Below are positions 30,379 to 40,924 of a DNA stretch of 64,000 nt, piece by piece. The stretch spans positions 672,001-736,000 of the forward strand of contig CAVOKF010000007.1 in NCBI GenBank assembly GCA_963696385.1, given 5' to 3'. The DNA is from an uncultured delta proteobacterium (lineage in GTDB: Bacteria; Myxococcota_A; Polyangia; Polyangiales; Polyangiaceae). Both the position numbers and the translations under genes were made by a program. How positions within the stretch are numbered: the stretch's first letter is position 1; each line of letters starts with the position of its first letter. The notes beneath the pieces were generated by a model that ran no database searches, was not told the DNA's origin, and worked only from the letters and a program-made list of their open reading frames with translations.

Positions 30379-30864
30379 TCAACCCGCGTCCGATCCCTCG
30401 ACGTCTTCCAGGGCGACGAGCGCCTCTTCGAGCGCCGGAATGACGGCGAGATCTTTCTTCCGTCCGGCAGCGCGTTTGCTTGCCAGGATCCGCCTTAGCC
30501 CGAGGACGCGTAGCGGGACGCCGTCGACCACGAAATCGGAGGTGTTTTCAAGCTCGGCCGCGAAGCTGCCCAGACCGTGCATGTGGGTCACGACGTCCAG
30601 ACGATCTCCGATCGAATCGCCGCCGATTTGAGGCGGCCTCATGCCGAAGGAACCCGAGGTCCAGATGCCCCCCGCTTCGCGAACGGCTTGCTCGATCCGA
30701 GCGTCGGACACGTCCTCGAACCACAAGTCGATATCTCGCGTCGCCGTGTTGGCACCCTGAAGAACCGCCGCACTCAAGCCGACGAGCATGAAGCGCACGC
30801 CGCGGCGGTTCAGAGCTTGGAGCAGCGTCTTCTCAGGTTCGGTGAAGACTGAAGAGTCGTCCAT
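30379..30864 (-). CDS. Nucleotidyltransferase (DUF6036/AbiEii-like)
   Basis: FMLVGLSAAVLQGA..ATRDIDLW, later SKRAAGRKKDLA. Confidence 0.82.
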   Translation of the reverse strand: MDDSSVFTEPEKTLLQALNRRGVRFMLVGLSAAVLQGANTATRDIDLWFEDVSDARIEQAVREAGGIWTSGSFGMRPPQIGGDSIGDRLDVVTHMHGLGSFAAELENTSDFVVDGVPLRVLGLRRILASKRAAGRKKDLAVIPALEEALVALEDVEGSDAG

Positions 30865-31039
30865 GGTGCAACGCCCCCCGGAGGCGTTCGGTCGGCGTCT
30901 TCTCGAGGTTGCGAAGCACTCGGTACACGCCACCGACGTCGGTACCCGGATGAAGCCCGACGAGTCGATGCGCTCGACGCCAGCGCGCCTCGTCGGCGAC
31001 GAGCCACGCGTGCTCCGCGGGAGTGAGCCGGTCGAGCAT
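30833..31039 (-). CDS. Small basic partner of the nucleotidyltransferase
   Basis: 68 aa, NLEKTPTERL motif, overlaps the downstream gene by 32 nt. Confidence 0.65.
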   Translation of the reverse strand: MLDRLTPAEHAWLVADEARWRRAHRLVGLHPGTDVGGVYRVLRNLEKTPTERLRGALHHGRLFSLHRT

Positions 31040-31159
31040 GACGCGAGGTTAGCACCGGTCGATCCAGGGCACATCGGAGGCCGCGTCCGGGAAAGGATCG
31101 CCGCGCGCGGCCGGCTCACCATGAGCCCGTGGACGATCTGGCGCTCGGGCGGGAGCCGG

Positions 31160-32435
31160 CTACCGGCACGAAGCGAGGCGCTGCCGGAACACATCGGCCT
31201 CGGTCGGGCTGCGGGCATGGGCGATCGCGGCCCGGTACTGCTCGGCCGCTTCCGGGCGCCGCCCCGCTCGGCGATGCATTTCTCCCATAGCGGCCGCAAA
31301 GAATGGGTATCCGGCCAGCCGCTCCTCGGGAATGGCTCGTAGCGCGGCGATGGCCGCGTCGGGCCCATCGACCTGACCCACGGCAATGGCCCGATTGAGC
31401 GCCACGATGGGCGTGGGCTTCTCGCGTAGCAACAGATCGTACAGGCCCAGGATCCCGCGCCAGTCCGTCTCCTCGTACCGCGAGGCAAGGCAATGCTTGG
31501 CCGCGATGGCCGCCTCGATGTGGAAGTCGCTCACGCGGTCCCCCTGGGAGGCCCGTTCGAGCAACTCGACACCGCGGCGAATCGAGATCCCGGTCCCAGC
31601 GCGCCCGCTCTTGCGCTTCGAGCAGGATGAGGCACCCGGCCTCGTCGAGGCGCGCCCGAAGCCGAGCGGCGTGAAAACACATGAGGGCGAGAAGCGCCGT
31701 GGCGCGCGGGGCAGCGGCGGCCGGGTGATCGAGGAGCAGCGTCAACAGCCGCATCGCTTCGGCGCAGAGTCCCTCGCGGACGGGCAGCTCCGTATGGCTG
31801 CCGTGGTAACCCTCGTTGAAGAGTAGGTAGAGCGCCGCCAGCACCGCGTCGAGCCGATCGGCAATCGCCGCAACGGTCTGGATCTCGTAGAGGGTCCCGG
31901 ACTCCCGAAGCGCCTGCTTGCCGCGTGCGATCCGTTTCTCCACAGTCGCACTTTCCGCGAGAAACGCGCTGGCGATCTCACGCGTCCCGAATCCGCACAG
32001 GAGCTTGAGCATGAGCGCCACTTGCGCCTCCGGCGCGAGACGCGGATGGCAACAGGCGAACATCATCCGGAGCTGGTCGTCGCGGATCTCCGACTCGACG
32101 AAGAGCGCGTCCAGGGTCGACCCCAGCGTCCACTCGCTGTCGAGCTGGTAGCTGAGGTCGGGCGCAAACCGCCGTGCCGAGCGCTCGCGACGGACGACGT
32201 CCATCGCCCCGTTGCGCGCGGTCAACATCAGCCACGCAGCCGGGTTGTCGGGGACGCGTCCGAACCGCCACGTCTCGAGCGCGCGCACGAGAGTCTCCTG
32301 AACGACGTCCTCGGCGAGGTCGACGTTGTGTATGCCCAGAACGCGCACGAGTCCCGCGAGCATCCGCCCGGCCTCGTGCCGGAACAGGTGCTCGACGAGC
32401 CTCGGCGCTTCGGGTTCGGGGACCGCGCCCGTCAC
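31160..32435 (-). CDS. ECF42-type sigma factor with C-terminal TPR/DUF6596 extension; frameshift at ~31583
   Basis: LAEDVVQE, PDNPAAWL, DDQLRMMFACCHP, LYLLFNEGY. Deleting one base gives WDRDLIRRGVELL and joins ORF 31160..31564. Confidence 0.9.
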
Positions 32436-32444
32436 CGACGGAGC

Positions 32445-32792
32445 CTATCCTGGCATGGGAGCGAGGCCGCGCACCTCGATCGAGCCCCCCTCGTCCGGGC
32501 CGGGGCATCCTTTGGCGATCTCGTAAGCTTCGGCCAAATCCTTGGCGGTGACGATGAGGTACCCACCGACGATGTCCTTGGCCTCGGCATAAGGACCATC
32601 CGTGACGACCCTCTTCTTGCCGGCAATGACCTTGCCCCCGCTCTCGAGCGGCTGTCCGCCCTTGAGCTGACCCTTCTTGCCGATCCCGCCGATCCACCCC
32701 AACCACTTCTGCGTGCTGGCCTGCAGTTCGGCCGGGGTATGCCCCGGCTCGTGCTGCATGCCGCCCCGAAACAGGAACAGGTAATCTGCCAT
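32445..32792 (-). CDS. YciI/DGPF-family protein
   Basis: VTDGPYAEAKDIVGGY, CP..GGSIEVR; SD AGGAG; usual ECF42 partner. Confidence 0.92.
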   Translation of the reverse strand: MADYLFLFRGGMQHEPGHTPAELQASTQKWLGWIGGIGKKGQLKGGQPLESGGKVIAGKKRVVTDGPYAEAKDIVGGYLIVTAKDLAEAYEIAKGCPGPDEGGSIEVRGLAPMPG

Positions 32793-32838
32793 GATGGTTC
32801 TCCTGGTTAGGACCGACTTTAGCGTCGGCTGTCTATAC

Positions 32839-32865
32839 AACGGATGACCGGGGCGTCCCCGGACA
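32839..32865 (-). promoter_or_regulatory. Possible ECF42-type autoregulatory promoter
   Basis: Minus strand TGTCCG-N17-CGTT, resembling the TGTCGA..CGTC-type motif of ECF42 (from memory). Confidence 0.4.
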
Positions 32866-33000
32866 ACTATCGAACGCCCATCGCGCGGCCCCCGCGGCGA
32901 CCTCTACGAGCCTCGTCACGGTCGACTCGCTTCTTCGCTGCGGCGCCGAGGCGCCCGGCCGGACGCCCGCGGGCGGCCCGGCGTCCGAATCGGAATCCGA

Positions 33001-33781
33001 TCAGGAAATCGACGCGGAGCATCAGGCCGCCCGCGTCTCGCGCGAAAAGCGGCGCGATCGACCAACCGATCGACGGACGAGCGCCGTCGTCGAGCTTGCC
33101 TGCGCGATAGTGTTCGAGCACGTCCGCGAGATGGTGCGGCTGGGTGAAGACGTTGACTTCGCCGACTGCCGTGCCGATAGAGGCGCTGATGGCCGCCGAC
33201 TTCCAGCGGCCAAAACCCCAGCCGAGGACGGCGACCAGACCCGCGTTGAAGGCGACATTGCCGACGTGCGGAACCCAGCCTGCGCTGAGCCGCTGCTGCT
33301 TCTCGGCGTGGATCAGAGTGTCCTCGGCTTGCGCCAACAGGCGGCAAGGTGGCGCGTCGCGCCAGTGACGCCTCGCGGTCCGAAGAGGAAGTGTGATGGT
33401 CAGCGGCAAGCCGAAGAGCGACACGGACCCGATCGCCGCCGAAACGGCACCCACGGCCAGGTCCTTGTGAAGGCCGGCATCGCTCACGAGTGAAATCGCG
33501 ACGCCCTGCGCGACGGCCGCACCGACGTAGATCGAGCCCCACGTCCAAGACCAGAGATCGAGGTCGCGCACTTCGCGATCGAAGGATCGCGCCAGAAACG
33601 CGAGACGCGCTTCCGCATCGACGTCGGCGAGGCCTGGCGCGTCGGCGGGCGCAGGACACGACGCCGCCCGACAGGGGCGAGCGGCGAATCCGACGGCCGC
33701 CCACGCGACGAACGCACCGGCGACGCACCGGCTACGCCGACACGGCCGTTTGCGCGCACCCGGCCGGTGGCGACGCGTCAC
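33001..33781 (-). CDS. Hypothetical membrane/exported protein
   Basis: C-terminal part of the 728-aa ORF; GTG overlaps the MFS stop; hydrophobic helices. Probably ends RVDF-stop at 33001 if one base is removed, otherwise stops at 32867. Confidence 0.6.
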
Positions 33782-35053
33782 GGCGTCGCCCCGCGAGCGA
33801 AGTCCAACCCCGCTTCGTCGAGTCGATCCATCCCCCGCAGCGTACGAAACCAAAACGTGTACATCGCGACCACGACGAGCGTCCCGAAGCCACCCACCAC
33901 CACCGCCGGGACCGCGCCCCACCATGCCGCGGTCACGCCGGACTCGAGCCCGCCGAGATCGCTCGACGCTGTGATGAACATCATGCTGACGGCGCTCACG
34001 CGGCCGCGCATCTCGTGGGGCGTGCGAAGCTGCACCACCGTCGCGCGAAGGACGACGCTGACCATGTCGGACGCCCCGAGAACGACAAGCGACGCAAGCG
34101 AGAGGCCGAAGTTGCGCGAAAGGCCGAAAACGATGGTCGCAAGGCCGAAGGTCGCAACGCATGCGAGCAGGATCGGACCCGCTCGCCGCGTGAGGGGCCG
34201 GTACGCCAGTGCGACCGCCATAGCGACGGCACCGACGGCAGGTGCGCTCCGAAGCGCGCCAAGCCCCCGCGGGCCGACGTGCAGGACGTCGCTCGCGAAA
34301 ATGGGCAAAAGCGCCGTCGCACCCCCAAGGAGAACCGCGAACAGATTCGAGCGACACGGACTCGAGGATGAGCGGGTGTGCGCGCACGAAGTGCAGCCCG
34401 GCGAGGACCTCGCTCCACGTCATGGCTTTCTTGTCGGCCGCCGAAGGCCGCGGGCGAAGCGACAGCGCCAAAAGCGAGGCGGACGTGTGGAGCGCCGCGC
34501 ACGCGGCGTAGACCCACGTCGCGTCCCCGGCGACGCCATAGAGAAGGCCGCCGGCCACTGGGCCGACGATGGTCGAAGCTTGCCAAGCCGTCGAAGTCCA
34601 CGAGACCGCGTTCGGAAAGTGTTGCGGCGCTACAATCTCCGGCACCAGAGCCTGACCGGCCGGTGCGTCGAACGCGCGCGCGACGCCGACGAGGAACAGG
34701 ACGGCGTAGATCGGCGCGACCGTCTCGAGGCGATAGGCCGCGATGGCCGCGAGCGCGAGGGCACACGCCGCCAGCGCGAGATTGCAGACGGCGACGAGCC
34801 GCCTGCAATCCACGCGGTCGGCGACGCTTCCCGCGAGCAACGAGAGCCCGAACGCCGGCACGAACTGCACGAGCCCGACGTAGCCGAGGTCGATCGCCCG
34901 ATGCGTGATCGCATAGACCTGCCAGCCGACGGCCACGCCGAGCATCTGCTCGCCGAGATTCGCGAGCGACCACGAAGCGACGTAACGGCGAAAGTCGCGA
35001 TGCTGAAAGGCAGCGCGAGGCGCAACGGTCGCATGGATGGCCTCGCCCGCCAT
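33778..35053 (-). CDS. MFS transporter (EntS/DHA3-like); frameshift at ~34346
   Basis: FQHRDFRRY, AGSVADRVDCRR. Deleting one base restores SLDLFAVLLGGATALLPIFA; TPHEMRGRV. Confidence 0.9.
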
Positions 35054-35147
35054 CGGTCAGCGCAGCGCCCCTTGGCCCAGGCTTCCACGGCAGCCAAAGC
35101 CCCGCGCGTCCGAGGCGAGATGGTTTGGTGCTACGGTCGCGGCCGCC

Positions 35148-37079
35148 ATGGAAAACGTTCCCGCCTCGACTCTACCCTATCGCCCCGCCGCCTCCGCCGA
35201 CCTTCACCCCAAAGCTTCCCTGGCGGCCCTGACGATCGGCGCACTCGGCGTCGTCTTCGGCGACATCGGTACGAGCCCTCTTTATACGTTGCGCGAGTGT
35301 CTGCACGGGACGGGGCGCGGCGCTCCAGCGGCGGAGGACATCTACGGTCTGCTTTCGCTCATCTTCTGGTCTCTCACGATGGTCGTCACGCTCAAATATT
35401 TGACGTTCATCATGCGCGCGGACGACCACGGTGAAGGCGGGATCTTCGCGCTGCTGGCCATCGTCCCCGAGAGGCTCCGGATGCGAAGTGCAAACAAGAT
35501 CTCCGCCGTCGCCCTCATCGTCGTGGTCGGTGCGGCGCTCCTCTACGGCGACGGCGCGATCACTCCCGCCATTTCGGTCCTCAGCGCCATCGAAGGACTC
35601 ACGGTCGCACGGCCGTCGCTCGCGCCGGCGGTCATCCCGATCACGTGCATGATTCTGCTCGCCCTTTTCACCGTACAGAAGCGTGGGACCGGAGCCGTGG
35701 GGCAGCTTTTCGGGCCCATCATGCTCGCGTGGTTTTTGACGATCGGCGGGCTCGGCGCTTACCAGGTCCTGCTGCAGCCCCAGGTTCTGACAGCGCTGTC
35801 GCCGCACCACGCCGTCCATTACTTCGCGGTGCACGGCGTGCCCGGCTTTCTCGTTTTGGGATCGGTCGTCCTGGCCGTCACGGGGGGCGAGGCCCTGTAC
35901 GCGGACATGGGCCACTTCGGCGCCCGACCCATCCGTGTCGCGTGGCTCTCGCTCGCGATGCCGGCGCTGGTGCTCTGCTACTTCGGCCAAGGAGCGCTCA
36001 TTCTTCGCGAGCCGGAGGCGGCCGAGGCCCCATTTTTTTCCATGGTCCCCGCCGGGCCCGCCACCTTGGCGCTCGTCGGACTCTCGAGCGTGGCCACGGT
36101 GATCGCGTCCCAAGCGCTCATCTCGGGAGCGTTCTCGCTCACGCGCCAGGCCATGCAGCTCGGCTATTTCCCACGCGTGACCATCAAACACACGGCGGCG
36201 CATACCGAGGGGCAGATCTACATCCCGCAGATCAACTGGATTCTCGCCGTCGGCTGCCTGCTTCTGGTCATCGGCTTCCAGAAGTCCGATCGCCTGGCTT
36301 CGGCGTACGGCATCGCGGTGACGGGAACGATGGCCCTCACCTCGCTCGTTTATTACGTCGTCATGCGCAACACGTGGAAGTGGCCGCAGCCGGTGTGCTT
36401 GGCGGTTCTTTTGGTCTTCCTTTCTTTCGATCTGCCCTTTTTCGCCGCGAACACGGTCAAGATCCTCGACGGGGGATGGGTCCCCGTGGCGATCGGGATT
36501 GGGTTCATCGCCGCCATGCTCATCTGGAGCAAGGGCCGCACGTTGATCGTCGAAGAGTACCTTCGCCGGAGCTCGACGATGGAAGAGGCGCTCGAGCGCG
36601 TGCTCTCACGGGTCGTGGCCCGACTGCCTGGGACGGGCATTTTCATGTCGTCGACCACGACGCACGCCCCGCCGGTCCTGCTCCACATGGTGGAACGGGA
36701 GCGGGCGCTCCACGAGAGGGTCGTGCTCCTCACCGTGGTCACGGAAACGAGGCCGGAGGTGCCCGAAGAGCGACGCCTCGACGTCAAAGCCCTCGGCAAC
36801 GACATCTATCAGGTGGTCGCCACGTACGGATTCATGCAGGAGCCGAACGTGCCGAAGGTCCTCGCCGAGGCGGCGTCGCTCCTCGGGCTGCCCATCAACC
36901 CCGACGAGACGACGTATTACCTGGGACGCGAGAGCGTGCACGCGTCGCAAAAGGGGGCCATGGGGCTCTTTGCGGAGGGCCTCTTCAGCTACCTGCAGCG
37001 CAATGCCGTCACGGCCGACCGGCACTTTCACATCCCGCCCAAGCAGGTCATCGAGATCGGCATCCAACTCGATCTGTAG
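35148..37079 (+). CDS. kup: KUP/HAK/KT potassium transporter
   Basis: GVVFGDIGTSPLY, GEGGIFAL, GDGAITPAISVLSA, EALYADMGHF, GQIYIP. Confidence 0.97.
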   Translation: MENVPASTLPYRPAASADLHPKASLAALTIGALGVVFGDIGTSPLYTLRECLHGTGRGAPAAEDIYGLLSLIFWSLTMVVTLKYLTFIMRADDHGEGGIFALLAIVPERLRMRSANKISAVALIVVVGAALLYGDGAITPAISVLSAIEGLTVARPSLAPAVIPITCMILLALFTVQKRGTGAVGQLFGPIMLAWFLTIGGLGAYQVLLQPQVLTALSPHHAVHYFAVHGVPGFLVLGSVVLAVTGGEALYADMGHFGARPIRVAWLSLAMPALVLCYFGQGALILREPEAAEAPFFSMVPAGPATLALVGLSSVATVIASQALISGAFSLTRQAMQLGYFPRVTIKHTAAHTEGQIYIPQINWILAVGCLLLVIGFQKSDRLASAYGIAVTGTMALTSLVYYVVMRNTWKWPQPVCLAVLLVFLSFDLPFFAANTVKILDGGWVPVAIGIGFIAAMLIWSKGRTLIVEEYLRRSSTMEEALERVLSRVVARLPGTGIFMSSTTTHAPPVLLHMVERERALHERVVLLTVVTETRPEVPEERRLDVKALGNDIYQVVATYGFMQEPNVPKVLAEAASLLGLPINPDETTYYLGRESVHASQKGAMGLFAEGLFSYLQRNAVTADRHFHIPPKQVIEIGIQLDL

Positions 37080-37379
37080 CGGCGAGGGGGGCCCGCGGCT
37101 GCCTGGCCACCGCTACGGCCCTGGCGGCCCGGCTTGGGCCGTTGAGCCCGCACGCCCATCCGCAAGGTGGGGGTGAAGCAGCGGGGCCGTGCGCCGCTAC
37201 CGCCGTAGCTGTCGGTCATCTTGCAGCCGTGCCAGAAGTCGCTGGCCCCGAAGGATGCGTATCGAGCGCTGCTTCCACTGGCATCGGCGCTGGCCGGAAC
37301 GGAGAATGGAACCCGCCGCCACGCAACGCCGCTCAGGCGATGCCTGCAACGGCGCCACAAGTTGCTAGCATACGTCGCG

Positions 37380-39395
37380 ATGCGTGTTCGCTTTCCGCAT
37401 GCTCTCGCTTCGGGTATCGCCGTCGCGGGGCTGATCTTCGCCTGCGGAGCGCGCACCGGGCTCATCGTGGTCGAGCGCGGACCGGCCACCGAGGCAGGCG
37501 TCGATGCCACAAGCACGGTGCAAGACTCCTCGGTCGGCGAGCGCGACGTTTGCTCGGACCAAACCTACTGCGACCCGAACGACCCTGGACACGTCTACCA
37601 ATGCGGCGAGCCGCTCAGCACCCCCGCGTGCAGCTTGCTCGAGCAGTGCGAAGAGACCGACGGTGGTGCCGCGTGCGTCAATCCGTGCGTGGATTCTCTG
37701 GGCAACAACACGTCGAACGGATGCGACTTTTACGCGGTCGAGATGGATACCACGCCGGACGCAACCGGCGTCTGCTACGCCGTCTTCGTCGTCAACCAAT
37801 GGGCGACCGGCGAGGCGGCGAGACTGCAGGTCATGCTCGGAAACACGATTTTGCCCATTGAGCAGTTCGCGCGCATTCCTACCGGCACAGGGACCGGGAT
37901 CGCATACGGTCCGTTCAATGCCGAGACGGGTCTACCGACCAACCAGATCGCCATTCTGTTTCTCTCGCGCGATCCGACCCATGCCGGTGACCCGGACGCC
38001 GCTCTGGACGACCCGGCCGTCCTTGCCGATTGCCCCCCCGGCGTGACGCCCGCCGTCGTGGGCGACGCTGCCCTCCACGGCACCGGGATCGGTACGGCCT
38101 TCCACATTCAAACGAACGTCCCGATCGTGGCGTACCAGATGCTGCCTTACGGCGGCGGACACGCGCGAGTCACCGGGTCGACGCTGCTCGTGCCCACGAA
38201 TGCATGGGACACGAATTATGTCGTCGCGGACGCGTACAAGGCGCCCTCGGTTCTGATTCGAAGCGATCCGCGCGCTGGGCCGACGACCGTCGTCGTCGCC
38301 GATCACGACGGAACGAACGTCACGATCAAGCCGACGGTCGACGTCGTCAAAGGGCCGGCGCTCGCCGGAACGCCGGCGAACGTGCCCGTCACGTACACGC
38401 TCAACCAGGGCCAGTACCTGCAGTTCACACAACCCGCCGAGCTCACGGGCAGCGCCGTGCAAGCGGACGCGCCCATCTCGGTCATCGGCGGGTCGACGCT
38501 GATGGATGTACCGTTGAACATTGCCCGCGCCGACACAGCCGAGCAGATGCTGCCGCCCGTGCGAGCTCTCGGCAGCGAGTACGTCGCGGTCCGCTACCGG
38601 AACCGAGGATCGACCGAAGAGATCGTCCCTTGGCGGATCGTGGGTGTCGTCGACGGCACGGAGCTCACCTACGACCCACCTCAGGCCGGAGCCCCGGCTG
38701 CGATCGACGCGCAGGAGATGATCGAGTTTGACGAGCCGGGTCCGTTCGTCGTGTCGAGTCAGGACGCGAACCATCCCTTCTACGTTGCCGCCTACATGAC
38801 CGGTGGCTGCGGCGACAGCCCCGCGCCCGAGCCCGCGGACGCGGGGGACGCGGGCGAGGCGAGCGTATTGGGCTGCGCCCCAGGGACCGGCTCGCTCGAA
38901 GGGTTCGGCGACCCGGAGTTCATGGGCGTGGTACCTCCGGCTCAGTACCTGCCGCGCTACACCTTTTTCACGGATCCGACCTATCCGGAAACGAACCTCG
39001 TCATCGTGCGCGTTCGCGACTCCCAAACGGCGCAGATGCCCGACGTGACACTCGACTGCGCGGGGGTGCTCAACGGCTGGCAGCCCGTCGGCGCCAGCGG
39101 AAGGTATGAGATGACGCGCGTGGATTTGTCGACCGGAAACTTTCAAGGTGTGGGCAATTGCAACAATGGTGTGCACATCATCTCGGCGGCGCTCGCCGGT
39201 GCAGCCGGCAATCCCCCGCCCACACCCTACCTCGGAGTCACGATATGGGGATGGGGCAATGACATCACATGGCCCACGGACAACTTCGTGCTAACGGACG
39301 AAACGAATCCGAATTTCACGCGCTGGGTCAGCTACGGGTATCCCGCAGGGGCGAATTTCAAGCCGCTCAATACCGTCGTTCTGTCGGCGCAGTAG
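37380..39395 (+). CDS. IgGFc-binding-protein-domain lipoprotein
   Basis: Lipobox IFAC, GCDFYAV, STLLVPTNAWDTNY, LNQGQYLQ, GDPEF..VPPAQYLPRYTF, SYGYPAG. Confidence 0.85.
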   Translation: MRVRFPHALASGIAVAGLIFACGARTGLIVVERGPATEAGVDATSTVQDSSVGERDVCSDQTYCDPNDPGHVYQCGEPLSTPACSLLEQCEETDGGAACVNPCVDSLGNNTSNGCDFYAVEMDTTPDATGVCYAVFVVNQWATGEAARLQVMLGNTILPIEQFARIPTGTGTGIAYGPFNAETGLPTNQIAILFLSRDPTHAGDPDAALDDPAVLADCPPGVTPAVVGDAALHGTGIGTAFHIQTNVPIVAYQMLPYGGGHARVTGSTLLVPTNAWDTNYVVADAYKAPSVLIRSDPRAGPTTVVVADHDGTNVTIKPTVDVVKGPALAGTPANVPVTYTLNQGQYLQFTQPAELTGSAVQADAPISVIGGSTLMDVPLNIARADTAEQMLPPVRALGSEYVAVRYRNRGSTEEIVPWRIVGVVDGTELTYDPPQAGAPAAIDAQEMIEFDEPGPFVVSSQDANHPFYVAAYMTGGCGDSPAPEPADAGDAGEASVLGCAPGTGSLEGFGDPEFMGVVPPAQYLPRYTFFTDPTYPETNLVIVRVRDSQTAQMPDVTLDCAGVLNGWQPVGASGRYEMTRVDLSTGNFQGVGNCNNGVHIISAALAGAAGNPPPTPYLGVTIWGWGNDITWPTDNFVLTDETNPNFTRWVSYGYPAGANFKPLNTVVLSAQ

Positions 39396-39449
39396 CGACC
39401 CCGACCCCGACTACCCCGACCCCGACAACCCCGACCCGACCCCGACAAC
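39396..39449. repeat. (CCCCGA)n-type short tandem repeat between convergent genes
   Basis: cgaccccgaccccgactaccccgaccccgacaaccccgacccgaccccgacaac. Confidence 0.85.
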
Positions 39450-40793
39450 TCATCCCTCTTCTTGAACGCGACCGCCCGCGAGGACGGCTCGACGCCACCA
39501 CGCCGGCCGGTCTCGCCTCTGTGGACGCGAAGGCGTCCGGCACGCGAGCTCGAGGGCATCCGCCAGCGCCCCCGATGTCGCGAAGCGCTCGTTGGGATCG
39601 ACCGCGCAAACGCGATCGAACCAGGCCTGGAAGCCGCACGGCAAACCGCCCCGGACGCTGTCGGCCTTGGGACGCGGCGCAAGGCACACGCGGTAAATCG
39701 TATCGCCGGGTGCGCGCCCGGCGAATGGAGAGCGGCCGGTGAGCGCTTCGTACGCGCAGACGCCCAGCGCCCACAGGTCCGATTGCGCGCTGACCTCGCC
39801 ACCCTGCAGCTGCTCGGGACTCATGTATTCGAGCGTGCCCATCAGGTGGTCTTGCTCGGTGAGCGGCGAGCGGCCCTCTTCCGATAGCTTGGCGACTCCG
39901 AAATCGACCAGCTTGGCCGTGTAAGCCGAAGTCGCGTCGACCGTAGGCACGGCGAGAAAGACGTTCGCTGGAGTGATGTCGCGGTGGAGCACGCCGTGAC
40001 CGTGGGCCGCCGCGAGGCCTCGCGCGACGTGCGCGACGATGTGCACCACCTCGCCCGCGGCAAGCGGTCCGCGACGCGCGATCGCTTGGGCGAGCGTCTC
40101 ACCGTGGAGGCGGTCCATCACGATGTACGGCTCGCCGCCCCGCGTGACGCCGTAGTCGTGCACACGTGCGACGTGATCGGAGTGAATGAGCGACGCTGCG
40201 CGCGCCTCGCGGGCGAATCGCGCACGGGCCTTTACGTCGCGCGCGAACTCGGGCCGCATGAACTTGATGGCGACCCGCGTGCGAAGCGCGATGTGTTCGG
40301 CCTCGAAGACCGTGCCCATGCCACCCTCGCCGAGCTTGCCCGTGACGCGGTAGCGATCGGCCACGATATCGCCCAAGTCGGTCGCCGCCGAGGGCGACGG
40401 ATCGCCGGTCCGCCCCGCCACCCGGCCGCGTAGGCCGGCGCGAAGCCGCATTTCGAGCTCGGCCCGCTCGAACGGTTTGACCACGTAGTCGTCGGCTCCG
40501 GCGGCCAGACCGGCGACCACGTCGGCACGGCTCCGCGCGGTGAGCATCAGAATGAACGTGTCGCCGTGGGGAGACCGCTCCCGCACACGTCGGATCACCT
40601 CGGTGCCGTCGAGACCCGGCATCATCCAGTCGACGATGGCCGCTTTGGGAGCGTCCGGCTCGCTCATGATCCGCCAGGCCTCGTTGCCGTCGGCCGCTAC
40701 GACCGGCTCGAAGCCCCACGCGCGCACGCTCACCTCGAGCAGTCGCCGCAGCGCCGCATCGTCATCGGCCACGAGGACACGTTGGCTCACCAT
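39450..40793 (-). CDS. Receiver domain fused to Hanks-type Ser/Thr kinase
   Basis: VLVADDD..IVDWMMP..VVKPF then LGEGGMGTV, VAIK, HRDITPAN, DFG, GTLEYMSPE, DLWALG. Confidence 0.93.
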   Translation of the reverse strand: MVSQRVLVADDDAALRRLLEVSVRAWGFEPVVAADGNEAWRIMSEPDAPKAAIVDWMMPGLDGTEVIRRVRERSPHGDTFILMLTARSRADVVAGLAAGADDYVVKPFERAELEMRLRAGLRGRVAGRTGDPSPSAATDLGDIVADRYRVTGKLGEGGMGTVFEAEHIALRTRVAIKFMRPEFARDVKARARFAREARAASLIHSDHVARVHDYGVTRGGEPYIVMDRLHGETLAQAIARRGPLAAGEVVHIVAHVARGLAAAHGHGVLHRDITPANVFLAVPTVDATSAYTAKLVDFGVAKLSEEGRSPLTEQDHLMGTLEYMSPEQLQGGEVSAQSDLWALGVCAYEALTGRSPFAGRAPGDTIYRVCLAPRPKADSVRGGLPCGFQAWFDRVCAVDPNERFATSGALADALELACRTPSRPQRRDRPAWWRRAVLAGGRVQEEG

Positions 40794-40924
40794 CCATGGA
40801 ACGCCCGCCCCGAAAAACTCTTGAGCCGATTCGTGGGCGACCGCGCAGGGGCGCCGACGTCCAGGCACACGATGGGCCTTCGGAAAGACGTCACATTCCG
40901 GTGCCGCCAGCGTCTCAAGACATT

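Noticed and set aside
32867..35053. 728-aa ORF as a novel MFS fusion protein
   Set aside because: A one-base shift at ~34346 diverts the MFS frame into the next gene; repair gives two normal genes
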